Shown: positions 21,581 through 31,927, numbered from the stretch's first letter. The stretch is DNA of 64,000 nt from Myxococcales bacterium (GCA_019637115.1 JAHBWH010000010.1:18494-82493), one strand, 5' to 3'. The notes: generated from the letters alone by a model not told the origin. Program-made: numbers and translations.

Positions 21581-22558
21581 TCAGGGGATGAGCAGGGTCG
21601 AGCCCGTGGTGGTGCGGGACTCGAGCGCTTCGTGACACGCGCGGGCGTCGGCGAGGGCGAAGCGTTGACCGACGTGCACCTTCACGGCCCCGCGGGCGAC
21701 CACGTCGAAGAGGCGACCGGCGCTCAGCTCGAGCTCCTCGCGCGTCGCGACGTAGTCGAAGAGCGACGCGCGCGTGTAGTAGAGCGAGCCCTTGCGCGCG
21801 AGCGTCATCGGGTCGAAGGGCCCCGGCGCGCCGGAGGCGTTCCCGAAGCCGACGAGCATCCCCCGGCGAGAGAGGCAGTCGAGGCTCGCGTCGAAGGTCG
21901 AGCGGCCGACGCTGTCGTAGACCACGGGCACGCCTTCTCCTTCGGTCAGCGCGCGCACCCGCGCCGCGACGTCCTCGTGGGTGTAGTCGATCACCTCCGC
22001 GCAGCCGTTGTCGCGCGCGAGCGCGGCCTTCTCCGCGCTGCTCGTCGTCCCGATCACCCGCACCCCGAGGTGATGGAGCCACTGCGCGGCGAGCAGGCCG
22101 ACGCCCCCCGCGATCGCGTGCCAGAGCACGGTCATGCCTGGCTTCACGGCGAAGGTGCGGTGGATCAGGTACTCGACCGTCATCCCCTTCAGCAGCGACG
22201 CCGCCGCGACCTCTTCGGAGATCCCCTCGGGCAGCTTCACGAGCCGTCCGGCGTCGACGTTGCGTGCCTCCGCGTAGCTCCCCGGCCCGGCCACGTAGGC
22301 GACGCGATCGCCGACGACGACCTCGCTCACCTCTCCACCGACCGCCTCCACGACACCAGCGCCTTCGGTGCCGAGGCCGTGTGGCATGGAGGGCAGCGGG
22401 TAGAGGCCGCTCCGGTGGTACGTGTCGATGAAGTTCACCCCGATGGCACGGTGCCGGACGCGCGCCTCGCGCGGGCCTGGCTCGGGTAGCTCGACGTCCT
22501 CGACCCTCAGCACCTCGGGGCCTCCGGCCTGGTGAGCACGAACGGCGCGGATTTTCAT
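21581..22558 (-). CDS. qor: NADPH:quinone oxidoreductase (zeta-crystallin/MDR)
   Basis: IGVNFIDTYHRSGLY, HAIAGGVG, YDSVG, FGNASG, TTGS. Confidence 0.9.
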   Translation of the reverse strand: MKIRAVRAHQAGGPEVLRVEDVELPEPGPREARVRHRAIGVNFIDTYHRSGLYPLPSMPHGLGTEGAGVVEAVGGEVSEVVVGDRVAYVAGPGSYAEARNVDAGRLVKLPEGISEEVAAASLLKGMTVEYLIHRTFAVKPGMTVLWHAIAGGVGLLAAQWLHHLGVRVIGTTSSAEKAALARDNGCAEVIDYTHEDVAARVRALTEGEGVPVVYDSVGRSTFDASLDCLSRRGMLVGFGNASGAPGPFDPMTLARKGSLYYTRASLFDYVATREELELSAGRLFDVVARGAVKVHVGQRFALADARACHEALESRTTTGSTLLIP

Positions 22559-22636
22559 GCGCGCGATGCTGCCACGCGGGGCCGCGACCGCTCAACTCGC
22601 GTCGACCCCGCTTCGCCGACGTGACAGCCTCAACCG

Positions 22637-23155
22637 ATGCACCGCGGCTCCTCTCGAATCACCGACGGCGCTCGGTTTCTCAACGTCGACCTGGATCTTC
22701 GTGGGCCGCGCGACGTGCTCGACCACTGGGTCGAGGCGCTCCGGCCCACCCTCTTCGTGCTGGAAGCACCTCGCAGCGCCGAGGACACGCTCGTGCGGCT
22801 CGAGCTGTGTCGAGAGGTGTGCGGCGCCGAGGCAGCTCGTCTCGACACCACGCTCGCCGAGATCCTCGACGCGATCTCGCGAGCGCGTGAGGACGCTGCG
22901 CTCGCGAGCTCGGCGAGCGCGCCCGGCCTCGCGCTCGCGTACCCGCCGAGCGGGCCCGACGATGCGCTCACGAGCTCGTCAGGCGCGCCCGACGGCGTCG
23001 AGATCACGCTCTCCATCGGCGTGGACGCCTCTCCCGTACGGGAGACGAGCGTCGTCATCGCGCCCCGACACCTCGTCGCCGCCGCCCGGCTCGGCTGCGC
23101 GCTCGAGCTGACGATCTATCCCGCCACCTCCGTGGACGTGCGCGCGGAGGCTTGA
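22637..23155 (+). CDS. hypothetical protein (DUF4279-like C-terminus)
   Basis: FLNVDLDL near the N-terminus and LGCALELTIYP near the C-terminus; fills the gap between qor and the SLH gene. Confidence 0.55.
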   Translation: MHRGSSRITDGARFLNVDLDLRGPRDVLDHWVEALRPTLFVLEAPRSAEDTLVRLELCREVCGAEAARLDTTLAEILDAISRAREDAALASSASAPGLALAYPPSGPDDALTSSSGAPDGVEITLSIGVDASPVRETSVVIAPRHLVAAARLGCALELTIYPATSVDVRAEA

Positions 23156-23186
23156 GCCGCGCGCCCGACCGGTTCCGTTCGAACGG

Positions 23187-24494
23187 TCAAGGGATGCGGT
23201 TGCAGTGCCCGTAGTATTGCCGGCACTCGCGCGGCGCGGTGTCGCGCGCCGCGTTGTTGCAGTCGTGATTGGAGACCCCCACGCCCGTCACGCGGTCGGG
23301 GCAATGATTCAGCCCTGCGGGGGCGTTGCGGAACGAGCATCGGCACCGAAAGGTGCGAGCGCGCGACATGGCCAGGGCGCGGATCCCGCGGCCCATCTGG
23401 TCCCACCCGGCGTGGATGAGGTTCCAGGCGAGACGGGCGAGCGGCGCGAAGCAACCACCCCAGCCGGCCACCGCGATGCCGACGCTGCCGCCGATGAAGC
23501 CGACCACCGGAGCCGAGGCCGCCGCCGCGGGCAGCGCGCCGACCCCGGTCGCGCCTGCCGCGGTCCAGAGCGAGGCGAGGCCGGCGGCTGCGAACCCGGC
23601 CGCGACGCCGTAGACGACGCCGTCGACGCACGCGAAGAATGGCGTCTGTGTGCCGCGCGACGCCACCACGACCTCGCTCGTGACGTCGCGCGCCGTCGCG
23701 ACGCCCCAGTTCGCCGTCGCGAAGAGCGCGTAGAAGACGTACGACGCGACGTGGGCGCGGCTCGCCGCGGTCGTGGGCCGCAGCAGCGTCCCCGCGGGCG
23801 CGTGGAGCGGTAGGTTCGCGAAGAAGCCCGCCTGGTCGCCGTTGGCGACCGCGCCACGCGCCCACCCGGCCACGTCGCCGGCGTCGTCGTAGTGATTCTC
23901 CGTGAGCGCCCAGCTTCCACCTGCGAGCCTCAGCCCATTGGCGAGCGCGACCACCACCTCGACTCGGGTGATCGTCTGATCTGGCCGGAAGTCGCCCTCC
24001 GGGTAGCCGCGCATGAACCCTGCGGCGTGGGCGCGCCGAATGGCCGTCGACGCCCAATGAGACGCGGGCACGTCTCGAAAGCTCGTCGCCGACGGGGTAA
24101 CCGAGCGCGCGAAGGCGTTGGTCACCATCGCGGCGAACTGCGCGCGCGTCACCGCGGCGTTCGGTTGAAAGGTCCCGTCGGGGAATCCGCTGATGATCTC
24201 CCGGTTGAAGAGGAACTCGATCTCGTGCGCGGCCGCGTGCCCTGCGATGTCTCGGAGGACGCCGCGCGAGGCGGTGAAGACCTCGATCTCGTCGAGCACC
24301 GGGGGCTCGGGAGCGTCCGCGTTCGTCGTCTCGGCCGGGTCGAGCGGGGTTGGCGCGTCGTCGAGCTCGTGAGGCGAGGCGTCGCCGACGCCCGCGTCCA
24401 AGTCGATGCCCGGAGCTGGCGCGGCGACGCACGCGACCATCGTCAGACAGACGAACCAAAGGTAAGCGCGCAGCGGTCGTTCGGGGTGGGTCAT
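23187..24494 (-). CDS. lipoprotein with three SLH repeats, Gly/Ala hydrophobic hairpin and Cys-rich tail
   Basis: LTMVAC lipobox-like; ISGFPDGTFQPNAAVTRAQF, FRDVPASHWA...GYPEGDFRPDQTITRVE, LRPTTAASRAHVA. Confidence 0.85.
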   Translation of the reverse strand: MTHPERPLRAYLWFVCLTMVACVAAPAPGIDLDAGVGDASPHELDDAPTPLDPAETTNADAPEPPVLDEIEVFTASRGVLRDIAGHAAAHEIEFLFNREIISGFPDGTFQPNAAVTRAQFAAMVTNAFARSVTPSATSFRDVPASHWASTAIRRAHAAGFMRGYPEGDFRPDQTITRVEVVVALANGLRLAGGSWALTENHYDDAGDVAGWARGAVANGDQAGFFANLPLHAPAGTLLRPTTAASRAHVASYVFYALFATANWGVATARDVTSEVVVASRGTQTPFFACVDGVVYGVAAGFAAAGLASLWTAAGATGVGALPAAAASAPVVGFIGGSVGIAVAGWGGCFAPLARLAWNLIHAGWDQMGRGIRALAMSRARTFRCRCSFRNAPAGLNHCPDRVTGVGVSNHDCNNAARDTAPRECRQYYGHCNRIP

Positions 24495-24506
24495 GCGACG
24501 AAGCTC

Positions 24507-24522
24507 TGCAGCACATGTGCCA
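24507..24522 (-). promoter_or_regulatory. sigma54 promoter of the SLH gene
   Basis: Minus strand TGGCACATGTGCTGCA: TGGCAC and GG-N10-GC. Confidence 0.7.
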
Positions 24523-24917
24523 CCGACGCCGTCATCGGCTTACATCTGATACGTCCTCGGCGACCCTCGAGATGTCTGGTGATTCATCCGTAATCGGCAC
24601 GCCATCCCCCGATTCATCGTCGCGCCGAGCCCACGTGGGCGGCCACGGTGAACGCCACTCCGAAACGCTCGGGAGCTCGAGAGTCTCCAGCGCTCGAGGT
24701 GCTCACGCCCGCGACCTCGTGAGCCGAGACTCCGCGTTCAGCCACCCACACCCATCGATCACGGAGCGCGTCGCTCGCTCGACGTGTAGCGGCCACACTC
24801 GCGAGCCCGCGAGCCTGGACGCTCGTGACCACCATGCCGCTGACGCGCACGAGGTCGCGGAGGGCGGGGCCCTGGACAGCCTCGGTCAGATCCGTCGAGC
24901 CCGGCGCGGCCGCGGGC

Positions 24918-25796
24918 TCAACGCGCAGCGGCCAACGCGCGCGGGAGCGCCGTCGTCACGCCTACCCCGAGCGCCGGATGGCTGCCGCCGTGGACGAGCG
25001 CGCGGAGGCGACCCGCGCGGTCCAGGACGGGCGAGCCCGAGTTGCCAGGGACGATGGGGCAGCCGGAGAGCCAACCGACGCGCTGCGCGTTCGCGCCGAG
25101 CTGCCGCACGGCCCCATCGGCGGTCTCGGCGCGGCAGAGGCGCGCATCGAGCGCGTGCTGGCTGTCGTAGATCGGGTGCGGCGTCACGGAGACCACGGTG
25201 ACGATCGTGCCCGGCGACACGGGCGCCGCCTCGATGGGTGCGCTCGGGCGGTCGATGGGGCGCGCGAGGGTGATGAGCGCCCAATCCTCGAGGAGCACGT
25301 CGTCGTCGAGGTCGGGGTCGACCGCCTCGACCCGCGCGCACGCGGCGGCCTCGGCGCCGTGGGTCACGGTGGCCGGGAAAGCGACCCACGCCCCCTCGCA
25401 GCGCGCGCCCGCGCCGCGCTCGGGTCCGGTGAGACAATGACTCGCGGTCAGCACGCGATCGGGCGCGACCAGCGTCCCCGTGCAGCGCGCGGGCCGCACG
25501 ACCCCGAGCAGGTCGACCGCCTCTCCGGGGAAGACCACGAGCCCGACCGAGGGCGGGCAGCCTCCTGGCGCGGCGCAGCGAACGACGAGCTCGGCGGCCT
25601 CGCGCGGCCGGCTCACTTCGAGCGGCCCGCTCTCTTCGATCGGCGCCCTCGTCTCTGTCGCGATCACTTCTGCCATGTTCGGCTCGTCGCGCGCGCCCGC
25701 GGCGGGCGCCGTCGACGCACCCGAGGGCGGCCTGGAGGCTCCGCACCCCATGGCCGCGACCAGCAGGACGAAGAGGCGCGGCGAGGAGAGCGGCAC
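24918..25796 (-). CDS. trypsin-like serine protease lipoprotein
   Basis: AMGC lipobox; CTGTLV, LTASHC, DWALI, GNSGSP catalytic triad motifs. Confidence 0.9.
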   Translation of the reverse strand: MPLSSPRLFVLLVAAMGCGASRPPSGASTAPAAGARDEPNMAEVIATETRAPIEESGPLEVSRPREAAELVVRCAAPGGCPPSVGLVVFPGEAVDLLGVVRPARCTGTLVAPDRVLTASHCLTGPERGAGARCEGAWVAFPATVTHGAEAAACARVEAVDPDLDDDVLLEDWALITLARPIDRPSAPIEAAPVSPGTIVTVVSVTPHPIYDSQHALDARLCRAETADGAVRQLGANAQRVGWLSGCPIVPGNSGSPVLDRAGRLRALVHGGSHPALGVGVTTALPRALAAAR

Positions 25797-25925
25797 CCTT
25801 ACATCCTGAGGACACCGCGGAGCGCCAGCAAGCTCGACCCCCGCGAGCGCCATCGAACGTGGCGCTCCGCACTCGTAAGATGCTTCGAAGCGGTCGGCCC
25901 CCTCGAGCGCCCTCGAGCGTCGCCC

Positions 25926-27323
25926 TCACTCGAAGAGGCGCTCGAAGCGGTCGGCCCGCACCGCGACGAGGCGCCCCATCAGGTAGCCGAGCACGCCGAA
26001 GAAGTACGCGGGAGCGGCGACGCCGACCAAGAGCGCGAAGAGCAGGCCGACCAGACTCCCGCTCTCGGCGAGCCCGCCCATCACGCGCGACGCGACCATC
26101 CACGTCAGCCCCCCCGCCGCGCCGACGGCGAGGTAGGGCAGCCCGCCCGCCACGATCCCGCGGACCACCAAGATCGGATCGAGCGCGGCCGTGATCCGGC
26201 CCGTCCCAAGGACCATGGTCAGCGCCATCAACAGATAGAAGGGGAAGACGAAGGCCCCCGCGCTCAACGTGATGAGCGCCGCGGTCGGGGGGAGCCGGGT
26301 GGTCGCGTAGACCGCGAGGCCGGCGAGGATCCCGAGGAGCGTCATGGCCGCGCCCTGGGCGAAGACGTCGGAGCGTTCGGGCATGCGGTAGCGGGGCCGC
26401 GGCCACGAGAGCTCGTCGTCGTCGTCATCGGCGCCGACCTGCATCGACTGCCGGTAGTAGACCGCGAGCAGCCCGAAGTAGCCGAGGTACCAGAGGATGC
26501 GCAGCACGAGGCCGGCCACGCCGAAGCCGAGGCCGAAGGGGATGAAGAGCGGCACGACCGGCACGATCGTGAGCGCCGCGAGCCAGAGCATGCCGAGCCC
26601 CAGGAAGGGCACCAAGAAGGCGACGGGGACCCGCGGCCAGAAGCCCGGATCCCGCGCCATCACCTCCTCGACGGTCGCGGACGGCGTCTCTGCTGCCACC
26701 GGTCGCCACCCGTCGTCGACGCGCGTCGGCGGGCGGCTCGGCGGATGGAGGGGCTCGTCGAGCTCGGGCAGCGGCAACCCGCGCGGATCGATCTCGAGCT
26801 CGAGCCCGACGCCGAAGCCGCCGTCGCGGGGGAGCGGCAGGGCCGCGGGATCGAGGCCCTCGGCGAGCGGCGCGAGCGGCGACGCCCCCTCGCGAAGCGT
26901 CGTCAGGGCGCCCTCGTCCACCTCGGCGAGCGGGCGAGGCGCGGGCGGCGGGAGGTCGAGCTCGAGGTCGGTGTTCAACGTCGCGGGCGGGCTCGACGCG
27001 CTCGGCTCGGCCCACGCCGTCGCGGACGACCGGAGAGCGCGCGAGGAGGCGGCCGACAGCATCTCCGCGAGCCTCGACGCCGCGAGCGTGCACCCCACGT
27101 AGGTCCCGAAGAGCCCGTCTTCGCCCACGTCGAGCTCGAGCCCCGCCGCGCCGGCGCGCAAGACGCCGAGCAGGCGCGCGAGCACCCGCGCGCGAGCCTC
27201 CTCGTCGAGGGCCGGGTGCAGCAGCACGAGCGATGCCTCCGCGTCGTGGAGCCGCGCCTCGTAGACGGTCCCCGAGGGGACCTCAGCCGCGCGCGCGACG
27301 AGCCGATACGAGCCCAGCTTCAC
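25926..27323 (-). CDS. hypothetical protein: kinase N-lobe-like start, Pro/acidic linker, multi-TM C-terminal domain
   Basis: VKLGSYRLVARAAEVPSGTVYEAR; Pro/Glu-rich middle; about 6 TM helices. Confidence 0.7.
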   Translation of the reverse strand: MKLGSYRLVARAAEVPSGTVYEARLHDAEASLVLLHPALDEEARARVLARLLGVLRAGAAGLELDVGEDGLFGTYVGCTLAASRLAEMLSAASSRALRSSATAWAEPSASSPPATLNTDLELDLPPPAPRPLAEVDEGALTTLREGASPLAPLAEGLDPAALPLPRDGGFGVGLELEIDPRGLPLPELDEPLHPPSRPPTRVDDGWRPVAAETPSATVEEVMARDPGFWPRVPVAFLVPFLGLGMLWLAALTIVPVVPLFIPFGLGFGVAGLVLRILWYLGYFGLLAVYYRQSMQVGADDDDDELSWPRPRYRMPERSDVFAQGAAMTLLGILAGLAVYATTRLPPTAALITLSAGAFVFPFYLLMALTMVLGTGRITAALDPILVVRGIVAGGLPYLAVGAAGGLTWMVASRVMGGLAESGSLVGLLFALLVGVAAPAYFFGVLGYLMGRLVAVRADRFERLFE

Positions 27324-27524
27324 GCCCTCGCCGGGCGAAGACGACGCCTGCACCTGCTCGTCGACCACGCAGGGAGATCCTCGCACGTTCTCGCCTGGCC
27401 GACGAGCCCTTCCCTCCGTCCGAAGCGCCCGGACTTCACGACCAGACGCGCGCGACCTCTGCAACGCCGCGTCGCGTGGTCGCTCGGCTCACCGAGCGTC
27501 CCGAGCGTAGGCGGGTCAGCCGCG

Positions 27525-27595
27525 CCGTGGCTCACGACCGGAGGCGCTCGACGTCTCGTACCGTGGCTCACGACCGGAGGCGCTCGACGTCTCGT
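27525..27595. repeat. 35-bp exact tandem duplication (period 36) over the DUF4132 stop codon
   Basis: ccgtggctcacgaccggaggcgctcgacgtctcgt at 27525-27559 and 27561-27595. Confidence 0.95.
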
Positions 27596-30500
27596 CGCAG
27601 CTCCGCGTAGGCGACGTCGCTCAGCTCGAGGAGCGCCCCGCCGTCGAGCGCGAGCGGCTCGGACGTCACCACGTCCACGTAGCGGAGCTCGGCCATCTCG
27701 ACGTGCGGCGAGAAGGTCCAGCGCGCCTCGCACGGAGCGCCGTCCTGGCGGCGGAGCGCGAGCGCCCACAGCGTCGCGAGGCCCCGATCGACGCGGCGCC
27801 AGCCGCGGGCCTCGAGCCGCCCGACGAGCGCACGCGGCGCGATCGCGATGCCGCCCGAGTCTTCGAGCGCGCGCGAAGCGCGATCGTGCGATGAGCCTCC
27901 GCGACCGAGCTGCTCGAAGGGCTGCACGAGGCCGTAGTCCGCGAAGACCTCGCCCCACGCGGCGTCGAGCCCGCGCGCCGGGTGTGCGAGCCACACGACC
28001 GCGTCCGCGGCGAGCGTGACCGCGTCGTCGTGCACGTCCGCCAAGCTGCCGTCCTCGCAGACACGAAACGCTCGCAGGGCGCCTGACTCGTCGAGCGTCT
28101 CCCAGACCAAGCCGCGCGCCAGCGCCGCCGCGAGCGGATGGCCGAGCACGAAGCGCTCGAAGTCGGCGCGTGTCCAGCGACGCTCCTCGCGGAGCGCCAG
28201 CTCGAAGCGACGGCGCGCGACGGTCGCCGCGAGCTCGAGATCGGCCCGCAACGCCGCGAAGCGCTCGCGCGCCGTCGTCACGCCCTCGGGCTCGCCCCGC
28301 TTCGCGCGGGGGAAGCTGGCGCTCCAGGGTCCCTCGCCCCGCCGCACCTGGAGCGTGAGCGTCGGACCGATCGTCGCGACCAACCCTTCGCCGAGCTCGA
28401 CGACGCCGCGTACGAGCCCGAGATCGGGGAGCGTACGGTCGGCGAGCGCGCTCGCGTCGAGCCCGCGGCGCGCCGCAGCGTCGTCGAGCATCGCGGCCGC
28501 GTCGCGCTGGAGCGCCGCGTAGCGGGTCGTCGACGCGATCTGATCGAGCGTCGCGAGCGCGAGGTCGGAGCCGATCTCCGCGAGGGCCGCGCAGGCCCGC
28601 GTCGCCTTGGCGGCGCTCTTGCGGGCCTGCTCACGCGCGAAGCCCGCGAGCCGGCGCGTCCCTTCGTCCGAGTCGAAGACCGTGAGCGCGTGGAGCATCC
28701 AGTCGTGTCTCCCTGGCGCGTCGCCGAGCACCCATTGCTCGAAGAGCTCCCGCGCGAACGCCTCGAAGGAGCCGCGGTCGAGCGAAGGATCCTCCGACAA
28801 GCGCGTCGCCGCGGCGTAGGGCTCGCCTACGGCACCGAGCGAGAGCACGTCGAGCACCGCCTCGACGTGAGCCTCGTCCAGCCGTCCGCCCGCGCTCGTC
28901 CGCAGCGGCGGCAGCGCCTCGACGCGCAGGAAGGACGGCCGCGCGGGCACCTTCGCCTCGGTGTGCAGCGGATCACGCGCGAGCAGCGCCTCGGACGACG
29001 CGAGGGCCGCTGGCCCGAGCGCCTCGGCGGCGCGACGGATCACCTCCACGTGGCCGCGCGCGGCGAGGTGGAGCAGCACCGACTCGCAAGCGCGGCGGTC
29101 CGCGCCGAGCGGCCCGAGCGCGCCGGGGAGCAAGCCAGCGATGACGACGTCGGCGTGGGCCTCGAACCACGCGAGCGCCGCGCGGCGGGCGTTCTTCTTC
29201 GCGGCGACGCGCGCCATGGGGAGCGCCATCGCGGGCGAGACGAGGGCCGACGCCGCAGCGAAGAGCACATCGCCGCCCTCGTACGCGAGGTGCCCCGACC
29301 AGTCGTGCTGGAAGCCGGCGACCGCGTCGAGGCCGAGCCACGTCACCCACGCGAAGAGATCGTCCATCACGGCGCCCTGCGCGAGCGCGAAGGCCGCGGC
29401 CGCGTCCTCCCGGCCGAGCGCGAGCTTCCGCCCCCCGACCTCGACCTCTCGTGACGCGATGAAGTACTGCTCCGCGCGCGCGGCTTCCCACCACGCATCG
29501 CGCGCGGCGCCCTCCAGCACAGGCGCGGCGCTCGGCGCGAGGGCGCCGCCGAGCGGACGCGCGAAGCCACGCTCGAGCCCGAGGATCGGCAGCCCCTCGA
29601 GCACTGGAGGTCGCGTCTTCTTCTTCGGCGCGCGCCAGGGCCGCGTCACGAGGAAGGCCGGAAGCGTCGATGGATCCGCGATCGGGCCCTCCGGCGTCAC
29701 GTGACCGGTCACGCGCGCGACCGCGGCGCGCAGCTTCGAGCGCGGCTCCGCCTGGACGGACTCCTCGAACGCCACCGCCGCAGGCGGATGCTCGCGGAAG
29801 ATCGCGAGCACGGTCGGCCCGAGGATCGGGTGCGTCGCGTAGCGCGCGAGGAGGGCCGAGGCCGCGGCGACGCCAGCGGTCGACGGCGCGCTCGGCGGGC
29901 CTGAAGCGCCCGAGGCGACCGCGCCCGAAGCGCCCGAAGCGCTCGCCAGCGTCGCGCCCGAGGCGCTCGCGCCCGTTGCGGGCGTCGCGCCCGCGGCGAT
30001 CGCGCCAACCGCCTCGATGACGAGCCGGGGCGGTGTCTTGAGGAGCGGGCCGTACCGGGGCTTCTTCAGCAGCGCAGGCAGAAGCTCTTCGAAGAGCGCG
30101 ACGGCCTCCTCGGCCGGCAGCGCGGACGCGAGATCGAGCGCGTACTCGGGGACGCGCGCCCCGTCCTCGGCCTCGATCCACGCGTGCACGCTCGCGATGT
30201 CGGCGAGCGAGGCGAGGAGGAGCGGCGACGGACGCACGCCGGCCGCCTGCGCGCCGCGCACGTCCTCGGCCGCCCACGGCTCGTCGGGGAAGACGAAGGC
30301 GAGCCAAGCCCGCCAGTCGAAGCGCCGCTGCGCCGAGAGGCCCGAGGTGTCCGCTTCGAGCGCGCGCCGCAGCGCCGCCGCCGTCGCCGTCGCGCGTGCG
30401 TACTCGGCGGCGTCCAGCGCGCACACGACGTGCCGAAGCGCGGTGGCGCCGCCGTGATTCCAGCGAGCGCGCGACCGCCCCGCACCGACGACGAGCACGC

Positions 30501-30972
30501 CAGACGTGTAGCTCCCGTGCGAGTCGGTCTCGAGCCGCGCGCCGAGCGCGGTGATCGCGACGACCTCGGCGGCGTCCTTCGCGCCGCCGAGCGCCGGCGC
30601 GAGCGTGAGGCCCACGTGGGCGGCCATCCCCTCGGCGACGATCAGCGCGGGCGTGGACGCGGCCGCGAGCGCCTCGAGCGAAGGCGTCGTGAGCAGCTCG
30701 AGGGCCGCCGCCCGCGCCTCCCCGAAGGAGACCGCCGGCATCGCGAGGGCGGGTGGCAGGGGCCCAACCTCCGCCGACACCTCGTCGTCTCGCTGAAGCA
30801 TCGACTCGAGACCCCGCGCGAAGAGCTCGGCGTAGGTGTGCTCGAAGTAGCGCTCGGGCTTGCGCGCGACACCACGCGCGATCGCGACCAACGTGGACTT
30901 CGGATCGGCTGGCCGCGCGCTACCGGCCCACGCGCGCCGCGGGTGCGGCTCTCTCTTCTTCGATGCGCTCAT
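27568..30972 (-). CDS. DUF4132 domain protein (MolR-like)
   Basis: FARELFEQW, LADRTLPDLGL, RRWTRADF...HPL...LVW, LAHP, WGEVFADYGLVQPFEQLGR. Confidence 0.85.
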   Translation of the reverse strand: MSASKKREPHPRRAWAGSARPADPKSTLVAIARGVARKPERYFEHTYAELFARGLESMLQRDDEVSAEVGPLPPALAMPAVSFGEARAAALELLTTPSLEALAAASTPALIVAEGMAAHVGLTLAPALGGAKDAAEVVAITALGARLETDSHGSYTSGVLVVGAGRSRARWNHGGATALRHVVCALDAAEYARATATAAALRRALEADTSGLSAQRRFDWRAWLAFVFPDEPWAAEDVRGAQAAGVRPSPLLLASLADIASVHAWIEAEDGARVPEYALDLASALPAEEAVALFEELLPALLKKPRYGPLLKTPPRLVIEAVGAIAAGATPATGASASGATLASASGASGAVASGASGPPSAPSTAGVAAASALLARYATHPILGPTVLAIFREHPPAAVAFEESVQAEPRSKLRAAVARVTGHVTPEGPIADPSTLPAFLVTRPWRAPKKKTRPPVLEGLPILGLERGFARPLGGALAPSAAPVLEGAARDAWWEAARAEQYFIASREVEVGGRKLALGREDAAAAFALAQGAVMDDLFAWVTWLGLDAVAGFQHDWSGHLAYEGGDVLFAAASALVSPAMALPMARVAAKKNARRAALAWFEAHADVVIAGLLPGALGPLGADRRACESVLLHLAARGHVEVIRRAAEALGPAALASSEALLARDPLHTEAKVPARPSFLRVEALPPLRTSAGGRLDEAHVEAVLDVLSLGAVGEPYAAATRLSEDPSLDRGSFEAFARELFEQWVLGDAPGRHDWMLHALTVFDSDEGTRRLAGFAREQARKSAAKATRACAALAEIGSDLALATLDQIASTTRYAALQRDAAAMLDDAAARRGLDASALADRTLPDLGLVRGVVELGEGLVATIGPTLTLQVRRGEGPWSASFPRAKRGEPEGVTTARERFAALRADLELAATVARRRFELALREERRWTRADFERFVLGHPLAAALARGLVWETLDESGALRAFRVCEDGSLADVHDDAVTLAADAVVWLAHPARGLDAAWGEVFADYGLVQPFEQLGRGGSSHDRASRALEDSGGIAIAPRALVGRLEARGWRRVDRGLATLWALALRRQDGAPCEARWTFSPHVEMAELRYVDVVTSEPLALDGGALLELSDVAYAELRRDVERLRS

Positions 30973-31048
30973 CGAGAGAGCAGTAGTCGAGCTTCGCTCG
31001 GTGGAGAAGGGCCTGCCGTCTCGCGACGAAGTTGGTCATGCTCTCTCG

Positions 31049-31657
31049 ATGACGCTCCACGTCGCGACCATCGTCGAGGACACGGACGCCGAGGGGCCGG
31101 GGCGGCGCTTCGCGGTCTGGGTGAAGGGCTGCACCATCCGTTGCCCGGGATGCTGCAACCCCGAGATGTTCGAGCGGGCGGGGGCCACGCCGCACGAGCC
31201 CGAGGCGCTCGCACGGCGCGCTGCCAGGTGCGGCGTGGAGGGCGTCACGGTCCTCGGCGGGGAGCCCTTCGAGCAAGCCCCGGCGGTCGCGCGCTTCGCG
31301 GAGGAGGCCCGCGCACGAGGGCTCTCGGTGATGGTCTTCAGCGGCTACGCGCTCGAAGCGCTTCGGGCGCGTCGCGACGCTGGCGTCGACGCGCTGCTCG
31401 CGGCGACCGACCTGCTCGTGGACGGGCCCTACGACGCGCGCGCGCCCGAGCCCCGGCGCCGGTGGATCGGCTCGACGAACCAGCGCCTGCACTTCCTCAC
31501 CGATCGCTACGATCCCACCGACCCGTGCTTCGAGGCATCGAACGAGCTCGAGCTCCGCTTCGACGGCCACGAGCTCGTCGTGAGCGGTTGGCCGACCGCC
31601 GCCCGCCGGGTGCTCGCGCGCGCGCGCGCACGAGCACGTGGGGCTTCGGACGAGTGA
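31049..31657 (+). CDS. small NrdG/activase-like radical SAM 4Fe-4S protein
   Basis: EGPGRRFAVWVKGCTIRCPGCCNP (CxxxCxxC), LGGEPFEQ, DLLVDGPY, GSTNQR. Confidence 0.9.
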   Translation: MTLHVATIVEDTDAEGPGRRFAVWVKGCTIRCPGCCNPEMFERAGATPHEPEALARRAARCGVEGVTVLGGEPFEQAPAVARFAEEARARGLSVMVFSGYALEALRARRDAGVDALLAATDLLVDGPYDARAPEPRRRWIGSTNQRLHFLTDRYDPTDPCFEASNELELRFDGHELVVSGWPTAARRVLARARARARGASDE

Positions 31658-31739
31658 GCCCGATGCTCTCGGGGCTCACTGCCGCGCGAGCTCACGTCCG
31701 CCATGCTGCGCGTGCGCCGTCGACCCTCGGGGCGGCGTC

Positions 31740-31801
31740 GACGATCGGGGACGACGACGATCGGGGCAGACGATGATCGGGGCACACGGCGACGATCGGG
31801 G
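31740..31801. repeat. short intergenic repeat GA(C/T)GATCGGGG x4
   Basis: Copies near 31740, 31756, 31772 and 31791 with 5-8 nt gaps. Confidence 0.8.
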
Positions 31802-31927
31802 CGCGTTCGCCCCCTGCGGGGATCGCCGAGGCAGGCCACCCGAACGGTGAGGAACGGGGCGGACGACGACGAACGCCGCGGATGAGATCCGCGGCGTTCG
31901 TACGAGAGAGCCGGTCGACTCCGTCGA

